This document shows, piece after piece, positions 21,901 through 27,167 of a DNA stretch of 64,000 nucleotides. The stretch is taken from NCBI GenBank assembly GCA_044892525.1, contig CM097886.1, forward strand, positions 31,496,001 to 31,560,000. Reading direction: 5' to 3'. A model generated the notes under the pieces. The model had not been told where the DNA came from. It saw only the letters and a program-made list of their open reading frames with translations, and ran no database searches. The position numbers and the translations under genes are program-made. Position 1 is the stretch's first letter, and each line of letters starts with the position of its first letter. This stretch comes from Schmidtea polychroa. Lineage: Eukaryota.

Positions 21901-23822
21901 TTCTCGTTTCTTTCCAATTTCATCACTTTTTGCACGAATCGCCTGAATGGTATTACGTCAATGAACTCTTGGTTCCTCACTACTACTGGGAGTATTTCCG
22001 CTACTTGTTTTATCGCTTCCTCCTTCCCTTTTCTCAACTTTATTTCGATATCCTCGTCTTCACTTTCGCTGGTTATCTCGCTTTCGCCTTCTTCCTCTTT
22101 GATTTCCCCTTTTGGAGGTTCGCTTATTTCATTCAGCTGTAGTATTTCTCCACCCAAACTACTTACATAGTCTTCTTCCTCGTCTGACGATGCTACATCT
22201 TTTGTCCTTTTCATCATATTGATTTGCAAGTTTCTCATCCTTGGTACTCTCTTTAGTTTCTTTCTTTCGAATATCGTTGTTTCTTCTGATTCTAATTCCT
22301 GTAGCATTTGGTGGTTTAATTGACTGGTTTGTTCCTTGCTCTTGTTATTTTCATCTTCTGTCTCGGCTTTCGCTTTATTATGTTCTTTTTCGATTTTATC
22401 TTTTATCTTTTTCCAGAATATTTTCTGAATTCTCTGGTTTCCTTTTAAAATCGTGGTTGAATTCTCTGTTTTCATTTCCGTTGTTATTTCTTTTACCTTT
22501 TCTGGTTCAGTCATGGGTACTACCCTTGGGCTTTTCCCGTAATTGTAGCAATACTGGCTCTTCATGTCTTTTACTAACTTCATCATATTTATTCGCAATG
22601 GTTGTTCTTGTCGTTGTTGGTTGCGTTCTTGTTTTATCCTCTCTTCCTCGGCCTGTAGCCTTTGCCATTCTTGTACATGTTGATGCACTTCATAATTGTT
22701 GAGATTTTCGGTACTCCACATCATACGTATATTCTGGGTTTGTTGTGGTGCTGATTCTTGTCTTGGTCTCATCATTTGTTGCATCATCTGTTTCATCTGC
22801 GAAATTTCCTGCATAACGTTCATTTGTTTTCCTTCGTTAGGGTTACTTTGTCGTTGCGGATTCGCTATATAATTATTATTTCGCTGTGGTGGTCGTTGTT
22901 GTTGGCCCCTTTCTCGGCAATCTCTGGAGATGTGACCTGGCTGACCACAGTTAAAACAGCCTCGCAATTGGCATACATTTTCGGTATGTCCACGCCGTCC
23001 GCAACGATTACAATTTGAATTTCTATAACAATCTCTGTCCCAGTGTCCTGGTTTACCGCATGTTCGGCACTGCTTGTTATCGTTCATATTTCGTCGATTA
23101 TTGAAATTGTTCTCATTATTCGGGTTGTTACGATTACCATTATTCCCGTTTGATCGTCCTTGTGGTGGTTTGAAAATTTGGTGCGCTCCTGGTATAAATT
23201 GATTCATTTTCGGTTCTTGATTGTTGTTATCTCCGTTATCCGCTTTCGCTATTGCTGTCGCTATCCTTCCCTCCTCTTGCATAATATTCATTTGAGCTGG
23301 AAGGTGGAGCTCGCATCTTGTAGCCCAATCTATGGCTTCCTCTAATGTTTTGCACATTTGACAACCTACTGAGGCTCTTACTTCTTCTCGGCGTAATCCC
23401 TCTATGAAATAACCGATCAGATTTTCTTCGGGTAATTTTCCATTCATTGCTTTCTTCGCTAATCTCCGCAATTCACTGGCATATAATGTTATCGATTCGT
23501 TTGCTCTTTGTTTCCTATTTGCTAGTTCGCCCAACGCCTGGTTGATTGGCTTACTGGCTCCGAAGGTTTTCTTCAGGAATGTTTTAATATCTTCCCACTT
23601 TTCTAATTTCGTGTCTCTCTCTTTAGCTTCTAAATATACCTCTAATGCACTATCGCACAAAAACAACGGCATCCTTTTACTAATTGCTTCGGGTGTCCAT
23701 CCACACACAGTGATATAAACTTCAAAATTAGTTATGAACGATGCTAGCTTGTTTGCGTTTCCGTTGAAAGGTTCTCCTCTGAACTTCTCTTTATACTCGT
23801 CGGTTTTTACGACATTCGTCAT
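9969..23822 (-). CDS. 4,617 aa Gag-[accessory]-Env-PR-RT-RH-IN-ankyrin-membrane polyprotein
   Basis: Single stop-free ORF containing three CX2CX4HX4C knuckles, IDTGA protease, YIDD RT, TDAS RNase H, HHCC plus D,D(35)E integrase and ankyrin TPLH/TPLM motifs. Confidence 0.97.
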   Translation of the reverse strand: MTNVVKTDEYKEKFRGEPFNGNANKLASFITNFEVYITVCGWTPEAISKRMPLFLCDSALEVYLEAKERDTKLEKWEDIKTFLKKTFGASKPINQALGELANRKQRANESITLYASELRRLAKKAMNGKLPEENLIGYFIEGLRREEVRASVGCQMCKTLEEAIDWATRCELHLPAQMNIMQEEGRIATAIAKADNGDNNNQEPKMNQFIPGAHQIFKPPQGRSNGNNGNRNNPNNENNFNNRRNMNDNKQCRTCGKPGHWDRDCYRNSNCNRCGRRGHTENVCQLRGCFNCGQPGHISRDCRERGQQQRPPQRNNNYIANPQRQSNPNEGKQMNVMQEISQMKQMMQQMMRPRQESAPQQTQNIRMMWSTENLNNYEVHQHVQEWQRLQAEEERIKQERNQQRQEQPLRINMMKLVKDMKSQYCYNYGKSPRVVPMTEPEKVKEITTEMKTENSTTILKGNQRIQKIFWKKIKDKIEKEHNKAKAETEDENNKSKEQTSQLNHQMLQELESEETTIFERKKLKRVPRMRNLQINMMKRTKDVASSDEEEDYVSSLGGEILQLNEISEPPKGEIKEEEGESEITSESEDEDIEIKLRKGKEEAIKQVAEILPVVVRNQEFIDVIPFRRFVQKVMKLERNEKDLIPNEEKSIIKNYMEKMKQADTTRYVIKIGTSRGLERMWIKNTVTDELFDWIREHLGSSRKKEYLYQYQGEQIKPDMHLVDALIWPGETQILKLHKEKQPANLYDWAKDAKAEYDFNIKLKLEQIKQCTLRRNLDKLIKQIQEQVEDNWDLLITRRAPAMYELMSRLRDTEMLRMSDWRTINLIHKYGRLKETQPQRLEITIWLPNEEKRRIKMSNQSTVDDLVSKINQEITEKVRSESSDGMVDDVVMMYDKIILRAEDDTSLSEMGMWDNHQIIRIVPMDEFRTRDVTYQKEIRDRMKTLYQKSTEIIKIHQQWLKEKELQGKITKLSTRSCRRTPWERVWNAESKEWEIRKGTFVETDIGETESESEEEEEEPPKYEEEAREQTSDDEGETDVTSESENEARHIHAMRKKEREYADMDGEEATEAREREEKERYKQLGDILAMGAKNQRRQVVALANIILKTSEDIHNLRGMAKAIEEYRQYNEWYPEQLEQIIRKWRNQEWAQDTQERYHIRIKYPDKSIEELEVHPTTKIRELKKKLAYETPFHLQLFGKSLDDNADVGITPMRLEETNVLTMAETLGKPLKRKSKIIKPTKGSLSTPSPNKAPSKSNETEEVEEIILEDSDDEPGERSPLLVRWPTGAEMWTNNQPSTSYQQPTKLNIKEIIDNTTETETDEQFQKQREPTKVTPESQTDKIIDEWNEWLRNNDSSLPRTDNERNPNYENTREAGTMMEKRAKGRPKKQGEKSEFKTKEQLKQEQGQVRLEKLDKIVWDLKEAQPTIERGEKWIRELLKDMLIITNPQLRRLWQRKVASTEARQLWHTISGIIPKLIKEKTKTTKTDWDETKRVIEQLTTNANDDEHHLVVITYLMYNLMGLAARKIPNKQFANHVEMTVSIIENTIEPHIIRAGGWKRLIQAPRKNEQERSMQVRLKKLLNELEWELPMKDPASRKASINSLMMTMMIWMLCTSGATGFTIYDCDNMIMRDKYSLRDIEECRQASPNKLDIVRTKVTYHVYQESDFIRTQARECVVSKKVLAYYCGQYSYSTLILPGLDKEIVSIQREDCKELFRTGALKMHNGVTIHGQTGMIKTESVYVSGKVKSSDGSCNGGTYTIRGEVISGVVVIESYTVELKEYEAQFDANNYQMKTNPTCRATENVCRTGVSTIIYEANTQKCRLQLLKSALFNEVKGEIYENENDEDGNDRVRMRNGKPMPPSPREKRLSTQKTPTALITDDPDLGMRFIKEKETTKCDSIVYKTNYAGIYMSRQIIDRAVGKIATEDVKLYLYANNKMDFLFHRGQTTLQKVYYDLIQNDCSLNKEILKTKLAIAITHPDNTMPSLPLPDGHFGRMVGEVMYTYQCTKTYARMPEKSILPEKRCANELEIRYKGQNRFVQPVTRIMNPVGFYPNLFNCSNAYGPLYERPDGKWMMLPGKTISEEPKKFGLIELATELDFKPIDVSNGGMYSPEDLETARLNVLFPARRESILSNMVTITGGTNYQSGPNYELLLSPDHFQQATSNMMKAMWGRFLVFGQMMAGILGIILIIQIVRVILTQMLACFDIYKREKKVNWKMIVGFLPFLAKTMVLHGHSKDIHRIKRLIKILTKIKGTDEEVGRRFRKVMYDEATRRQLKKNKPKFLDRFRSQSSNSDSDDDDNGNDKCLYPNRNPNEKPMETAPYWEKEKTNTWIANGSYIPPDIVGPQTALTMTQNMYPQLPSQPGMHYMPTRRTKSVDQADDVRTIAAMSLPGGPAVTVMIQINGKETNAMIDTGANVSAIAINQIPSKHWKDIESTTIHIIACSKETVDVVGRWWTTLRYQDNEIETYLAVIPKLSVPCIIGTDLMPELLKEVVIDLTTMCLKDKTGRICKMNAVIRCPEKIIVPAKSQMICQIKVDTGMEGEVIFEPSKSFEKRRELPLAREIITINQEGVIPLNITNFEEEDKIIYENEKLGRLTPMMDIELPKVTNEMIKDDELWTIDSMLLTNDEKKKLHRLLVEYKDIFAISDLDLGTCDVTLHAIPLIDETPIALRPYKLAEMQKEIAETEVQKMLDAKVIEPSCSPWQFPVVMVKKKDGTQRFCIDYRKLNAVTKRDTYPLPDINEMLLMLQGAAYFTSLDLKSGYWQIKVKDEDKEKTAFTLGRDLYQFRKMPFGLTNAPASFQRCMNFVTHGIKQCMVYIDDLLIYSATFEQHLEDIRNVFIRLRQWKLKLKPSKCDWAKEKVTFLGHIVSAKGKEPDPRNIEKIKTCPAPKTVTQVQEFLGLCGYYRKFIKNYAGIAKPIQELVKKDISFLWGKEQQEAFETLRDKLIEAPILVHPDFKKPFLLATDASGYAAGAILGQLDDEGKERVIGYYSRTFKKHEKNYSVTEREALAIIQAIKHFRYLLWGHEICITTDHQPLVWLGQHKEASSRLMRWAMQLQEYSPFIKFKAGRANANADCMSRFIFPDLVDSEMQRICLIVAEDLDFCQLRKDQQEDAELKQIIDYIKTGQTDVYAKDQKLKEHMDKHRHRYIIEKDWLLIMDGEKRLMCIPENRRKELLTQYHDGRLGGHMSSKKTLARMKQKYFWPTLTEDVTEWVKNCLTCATRKNTGSKWKAPLTPMPVPIEPMTMISMDVVGPLPESDKGNVYILVITDFLTKFPEAFAMPDQKAKTIAKILVEEICCRYGTPKQILTDQGTNFMSEIMSEVTNYFKIAKLRTSPYHPQTNGMTERFNGTLIQMLSNYVDRHQRDWDEYINLCLMAYRMSIHASTKMSPFKLMYGRECNMPMDLEYQPPISQYMEIDDYVTKFKERMQEIWETAGLNIKFYQESYKDLHDRKKNVKQHTFQTGDWVMIETPELIPGTTKKLQRNGKGPYEILFVGETNVRVKLVNNPFTRPIYVNVARCKSIPKTATSQPEGRTLTTRSQTYRMNMMQQLAEPITGRLGIQPSEAEKIVKEVKIKIPGWAKDRLDFEILGGLLTMIENYANRERTHPLLRVVKSQWPILFTITDHYGDTPLHKLMKVGNNEQILETIEAFHDCKRSTEQTNNQGYTPLMMAANRGKTKDIITALLDTGSKITTQDHERKNALHHAIRGRSTEAFTSLMELLSYEDNREVGNMYDGLLTAIKEKLTTITGILITWRNPIRNDYMINVNEAFTRGENTLMREAMKGHHLFEIPNQLLERGIKFTNHKDEQLTKKRIDTFEKSLFQFTNQVRHKYWETVSVLYMMDTMNNIRENYMDIIQILTAEERINNPNGKKTKIRYEKSRESKSTTNRTVTNNVIETKSMSIDQEAIIRKAKEVFFEEMLELPDEIILSKIIKAVHTYARDQTTGLDIGKIKTFLPRAFTMVTKDSRTPLQQAILAAKENRAITIMRILGEMGEETNTKNEQGETAMMYAAITKIHPKTLHILHQSGSKLDERSNEGNSTLDWATIQPNLEMIRFICKNATEEEVENMCKNTSQFQWNTVRKNLEAMKLLLTWRVPPNNKYAINVNEFYENGENAMVKNTLTKGGTPKIILIVLNREDLKFTQNQNEQQRIGKHRRMQLRELVKEWNRKRHAATGRKEFEFEAKLARNRVLTAYRRLLSDINVEDDILNDSEGDKHDDNNGKDRKEDKEKREPEEGKPENKDSDTKREGNSPRTKTKEEEKSNNGKQRVCLPFTNKEIETNMILMIIMLTMIELVTAQGGTRTIKETKEAENQDSKEDELKQEKRKQAQEQQWDLKEEWDLKEKCILGRCMSRAYQKLVLINEDTEPITEVRIQEAYRNRDGKRITNVKGKEVHLGKGGEVVITQIQPRKEHKVCISRLGPGERCHQYVTQQQPPKEYTVCIWRNESKRECRRYPGKRGKKRKNHDEKNEGGKHKKTGEEAQDNYVSEEEMEKIQKMAKEGMNEEIARIREMMKGNGKRGNEKSTEAISTLTNKEKPESISVKQMMWISGIIITGAFLIITGGTIKIIKDKRHRGELEMTRIRNFQHRVKRPSDIKQGQWVEAWNVQRPPNSRI
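11460..12950 (-). other. Two ankyrin-repeat modules C-terminal to integrase
   Basis: GDTPLH, GYTPLMMAA, KNALHHAI; RTPLQQAI, GETAMMYAA, GNSTLDWA. Both modules end in related LITWR..INVNE..GEN segments. Confidence 0.85.
13300..14300 (-). other. Integrase (HHCC, DDE, GPY/F-like)
   Basis: HDGRLGGH...CLTC, SMDVVGP, TDQGTNF, QTNGMTERFN with D-35-E spacing (13890 to 13782), and KGPYEI. Confidence 0.97.
14580..15900 (-). other. Reverse transcriptase and RNase H
   Basis: RFCIDYRKLN, LDLKSGYWQI, MPFGLTNAPASFQ, YIDD (15363-15374); TDASGYAAGA, EREALA, TDHQPL, ANANADCMSR. Confidence 0.98.
16350..16650 (-). other. Retropepsin aspartic protease
   Basis: AMIDTGANVS (DTG at 16584-16592) and IIGTDL. Confidence 0.95.
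17150..19037 (-). other. Envelope glycoprotein (class III, gB/chuvirus-G-like) embedded in the polyprotein
   Basis: Hydrophobic signal (SLMMTMMIWMLCTSGATG), then YDC..SL..C..YCGQYS, a Cys-rich ectodomain of about 550 aa, furin-type REKR (18228-18239), GRMVGEVMY..C..C.NEL...PVTRI, and a TM helix (WGRFLVFGQMMAGILGIILIIQIVRVIL). Confidence 0.8.
19146..19620 (-). other. Bcl-2-family-like domain within the polyprotein
   Basis: ...RVIEQL...LVVITYLMYNL...IEPHIIRAGGWKRLI aligns by eye to Bcl-xL VVNEL...IVAFFSFGGAL...LEPWIQENGGWDTFV, with 56 vs 55 residues between the L and GGW. BH1 NWGR is not conserved. Confidence 0.7.
20160..20361 (-). other. Ubiquitin-like domain within the polyprotein
   Basis: YHIRIKYPDKSIEELEVHPTTKIRELKKKL...LQLFGKSLDDNADV follows the beta-grasp Ubl pattern (LEV.P..TI..LK.KI...L.F.GK.L.D). 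Two weaker Ubl-like segments lie at about 21058-21310 and 21610-21825. Confidence 0.65.
22917..23069 (-). other. Nucleocapsid with three CCHC zinc knuckles
   Basis: CRTCGKPGHWDRDC, CNRCGRRGHTENVC, CFNCGQPGHISRDC. Confidence 0.95.
23300..23800 (-). other. Ty3/gypsy Gag capsid domain
   Basis: PFNG...FITNFE...W...KTFLKKTFG...RKQRANESITLYASELRRLA...FIEGLR...TLEEAI pattern typical of retrotransposon Gag. Confidence 0.85.
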
Positions 23823-25129
23823 GATTGGTGTTCTAGGTTCGTCTGTTTCTTTTAAATTGTCTAACGATGTGACTAAACTTTGGGCTGATAATTCCTCGGT
23901 TGACGTTGCTAAACTATTAGTGATATCGGACAGACTTTCTCTACTTCGAGATCGACTAGGGGTATATCCGAGATTTTCTTGGTCAAATATGGGTACTTGA
24001 TTGGTTCTTCTGGATCCTTGTGATATTCCTCTTTGATGTTTAATGGATCGTCCTCTTTTGAGTTGTTGTAATTCGTCTCCTGAAAATAATACGTCTCCTG
24101 GCTTACTAGAAGATCTAAGATTGGGTTTATCCGTGATTCCTTTCTTACGCTTCTTGGTAATTAGCGGCTATTGAATTGGACGCGTTCGGTTCTGATTGTG
24201 TTTCCTTCGATAAATATTCTGTATGAATCTGCTACTGAGATCCTGAGGAGATTTACTAATCCTTGGCAGATGGCTGCTAATACTTCTTCCGTTCTGGAGT
24301 CTTCCGGTTGCTGTGTCTCTCGGTGCGGGTTCTGAATGGATTTATCCTTGGTTGATTGTCGATTTCTTCGAATTCCTTTTGTGCAGGTTCTGGATTGTCT
24401 TGGTTGGCTGGATTGGCTTGATATCTAAAATGAAAAAATGATCTCGTGTTGCATTTGCTTACACGACTTCATCATTCTTTCTACAACATTCAAAAACAGA
24501 CGCCTTTTAGGTTTCTGTTTGTGCTTCCCCTATCTTTTTGTGAAATCCTTTCTGCGGGTTATAATATCCCATCAGCCCGTATTTTCCGTCGATTTTAAAT
24601 TATCTATATGGGGTAGTAACAATTATCTATAAAGTCGTAATAATTATCTATTCGTTATCAATTATAGTAAAAATAGGTCGTTGTCAGTCTCTGCTTATTA
24701 CCCCCCTTCGTTTTCTTATTCCTTTGCGCTGTTGTCGCTGTTTTACTTTTCGTATTTACTATTATCCCACTCGGTTCTACTCTGGAACCGGTAAAAATAC
24801 ATTTTCCCGGTTTACAAAAAAAAAAATTCCGTAGAGTTTCTCTACTTCACTGGGATCCCTTTAATTAGTTAGTTACTTTCCTCTTTACTCATTATCATCA
24901 TTTCATCTATTCTTTATTTTCTATTATCTCTTTAATTCGTTTCCTTCTTCCCTTTCCTTTTTCATTATAATCTTATTTTCTTTTCCACGAGCTCGTTTAT
25001 TTCCTCTCTAAACTCGAATTTTCAAAATTACATTCAATTTGTTCTAGCTAGCTTTAATATTCCATATCACTAGTAATTTAAATATTATCTCATTGTAGCT
25101 TAACTGCTATCTCTCGCTTTTCTAGGCCT

Positions 25130-25759
25130 TTACGACTGGCTGGCACTATTCAACAGCTCAATCTTCTTCCTTCTGATCGGTTAGACTATTCAACAACTCG
25201 ATCTTACGACTGGCTGGCACTATTCAACAGCTCAATCTTCCTCCTTCCTGATCGGTTGGACTTTTCACAACTCGACCTTACGACTGGCTGGCACTATTCA
25301 ACAGCTCAATCTTCTTCCTTCTGATCGGTTGGATTATTCAACAACTCGATCTTACGACTGGCTGGCACTATTCAACAGCTCAATCTTCCTCCTTCCTGAT
25401 CGGTTGGACTTTTCACAACTCGACCTTACGACTGGCTGGCACTATTCAACAGCTCAATCTTCTTCCTTCTGATCGGTTGGACTATTCAACAACTCGATCT
25501 TACGACTGGCTGGCACTATTCAACAGCTCAATCTTCCTCCTTCCTGATCGGTTGGACTTTTCACAACTCGACCTTACGACTGGCTGGCACTATTCAACAG
25601 CTCAATCTTCTTCCTTCTGATCGGTTGGACTATTCAACAACTCGATCTTACGACTGGCTGGCACTATTCAACAGCTCAATCTTCCTCCTTCCTGATCGGT
25701 TGGACTTTTCACAACTCGACCTTACGACTGGCTGGCACTATTCAACAGCTCAATCTTCT
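25130..25759. repeat. Tandem array of 8.5 x 74 bp units alternating two variants (148 bp higher-order unit)
   Basis: Units start TTACGACTGGCTGGCACTATTCAACAGCTCAATCTTC at 25130, 25204, 25278, 25352, 25426, 25500, 25574, 25648 and 25722 (partial). A units end CTCGATC and B units end CTCGACC. Confidence 0.95.
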
Positions 25760-26339
25760 ATATTCCTCGCTCTGCATGCTTCTATTTCTCTTTTCTTCTT
25801 TTACTCTAGTTTACCATTTTCTCTGTCTACTTTTAATTTGTCGACTTAATCTTTACCGCTTGGGAGTGTTTCCCCTTTCCCCCCTTGCTCAAAACGTACG
25901 ACGATCGCGATGATCCATTTCTACCTTGGCATGGTGATCAGTCATGTCGCAAAAACTTCTCATCATATGCGATGGTACCCCGCCCTACGCTTCTTACTTG
26001 GGTTGATCAGTTATCCCCTCCCAACGGGTTCTTGCAATAAGACGTACCGCCCGAAGGTGGCTCGGTTTGTACCCCTGCAGTCTATATTGGGACTAATTCC
26101 ACGTTATTCAACCCTCTCTTCATTTGATTCCAAAAAAAAAAAAAGGAATAAAACAAAACAAACACGCAAATATTCATTCGTCATGCAAATTTTATTAGTC
26201 CTAATCATCAAAACTTTTTAAAGACGAATTTTTTTTATCATAAACATAAAGATTGAATCATTAACAGTACGTGTTACTTCAACAATTTCATGCATTCTTG
26301 TTCAAACATCGTATACTTGCCGTTACATCGCCGGCCGTT

Positions 26340-26825
26340 TCATTCGCCATAATAGACCATATGGGTCTCTTTTATTTCATATTTGCACATCGTGCATCTT
26401 TTTAGGTCTTTTACACACTCTTCACAGTGACTGAGGTGTCCACACGGCAAGAATAATACGCGAATAGGACGGAGTTTGCAGGCTATACAAGTTCGTAATT
26501 GGTTAACTTTTTCCTGTATTTTTTGTTCGATTGCATCTGGTATTGTATTTAGTGAGTCTTTTAGACGCTGATAATCTAGATTTAATGTTGGGTGGTTCAA
26601 TCTCTCTTGATACCACTGATATACGGTTTCGGGGTTTATTTTTCCATCTGGGCGACTTAGGCCTGTGGCTAATATCATATGATTAGGTACGACTGGTGTT
26701 TGTCCGATTGCTTGCAGTAATATCGCGTTGATTTTTTCTCTTTTATGCGTCAGTGTTGTTAGGGAGTCGTTTTCTATATCGATAAACTTGAGCAGTTGTT
26801 GCATTTGGTTCGCGAATTCTGTCAT
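26340..26825 (-). CDS. 161 aa protein with C-terminal IAP/MYLIP-type C3HC4 RING (putative E3 ligase)
   Basis: CIACKLRPIRVLFLPCGHLSHCEECVKDLKRCTMCKYEI at the extreme C-terminus. Acceptor-like TTTTCCAACAG lies 2 nt before the ATG, with AATAAA at 26191-26196 (minus). Confidence 0.85.
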   Translation of the reverse strand: MTEFANQMQQLLKFIDIENDSLTTLTHKREKINAILLQAIGQTPVVPNHMILATGLSRPDGKINPETVYQWYQERLNHPTLNLDYQRLKDSLNTIPDAIEQKIQEKVNQLRTCIACKLRPIRVLFLPCGHLSHCEECVKDLKRCTMCKYEIKETHMVYYGE

Positions 26826-27142
26826 AGCTGTTGGAAAAGTAATGTTTTAATAATATGTAGTAAATTAATAGTTAATTCGTTAATTGGTTTCTTTAACCAT
26901 TGTTAATTATTTAATTTGACTACTTTATCTCCTTTATTTATATATATCCTTAATTTTTCTATTATCTACATTTTGATTTTCTCTACTTAGTTCCTAATAT
27001 AATTTAATAATCAATAGTCACTTTGCATTCGTCAAGCAATGGTCGGTTGAAAATAGAAAATCGATGTGATAAATCCCTTTAATTTTGTATGAAACTCCCG
27101 GTGAATTTCGCATTCGTTAATAGAAATTTCGATCGACTGTAG

Positions 27143-27160
27143 ATCCCGGCTGAGCCCCCA
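27143..27160 (-). promoter_or_regulatory. Primer binding site, tRNA-Pro type
   Basis: Minus strand reads TGGGGGCTCAGCCGGGAT, 7 nt inside the 5' LTR end. This is 16/18 identical to the classical tRNA-Pro PBS TGGGGGCTCGTCCGGGAT and complementary to a tRNA end ...ATCCCGG-CTGAGCC-C-CCA. Confidence 0.85.
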
Positions 27161-27167
27161 AAAATCA

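Noticed and set aside
5656-24000. Numerous plus-strand F/S/L-rich ORFs of 60-150 aa
   Set aside because: Antisense shadows of A-rich, charged minus-strand genes, with low complexity and no motifs.
25130-25759. CRISPR array
   Set aside because: Units are contiguous near-identical 74-mers with no unique spacers, there are no cas genes, and the context is eukaryotic.
27143-27160. tRNA gene
   Set aside because: Only the 18 nt complementary to a tRNA 3' end including CCA is present, which is a PBS and not a gene.
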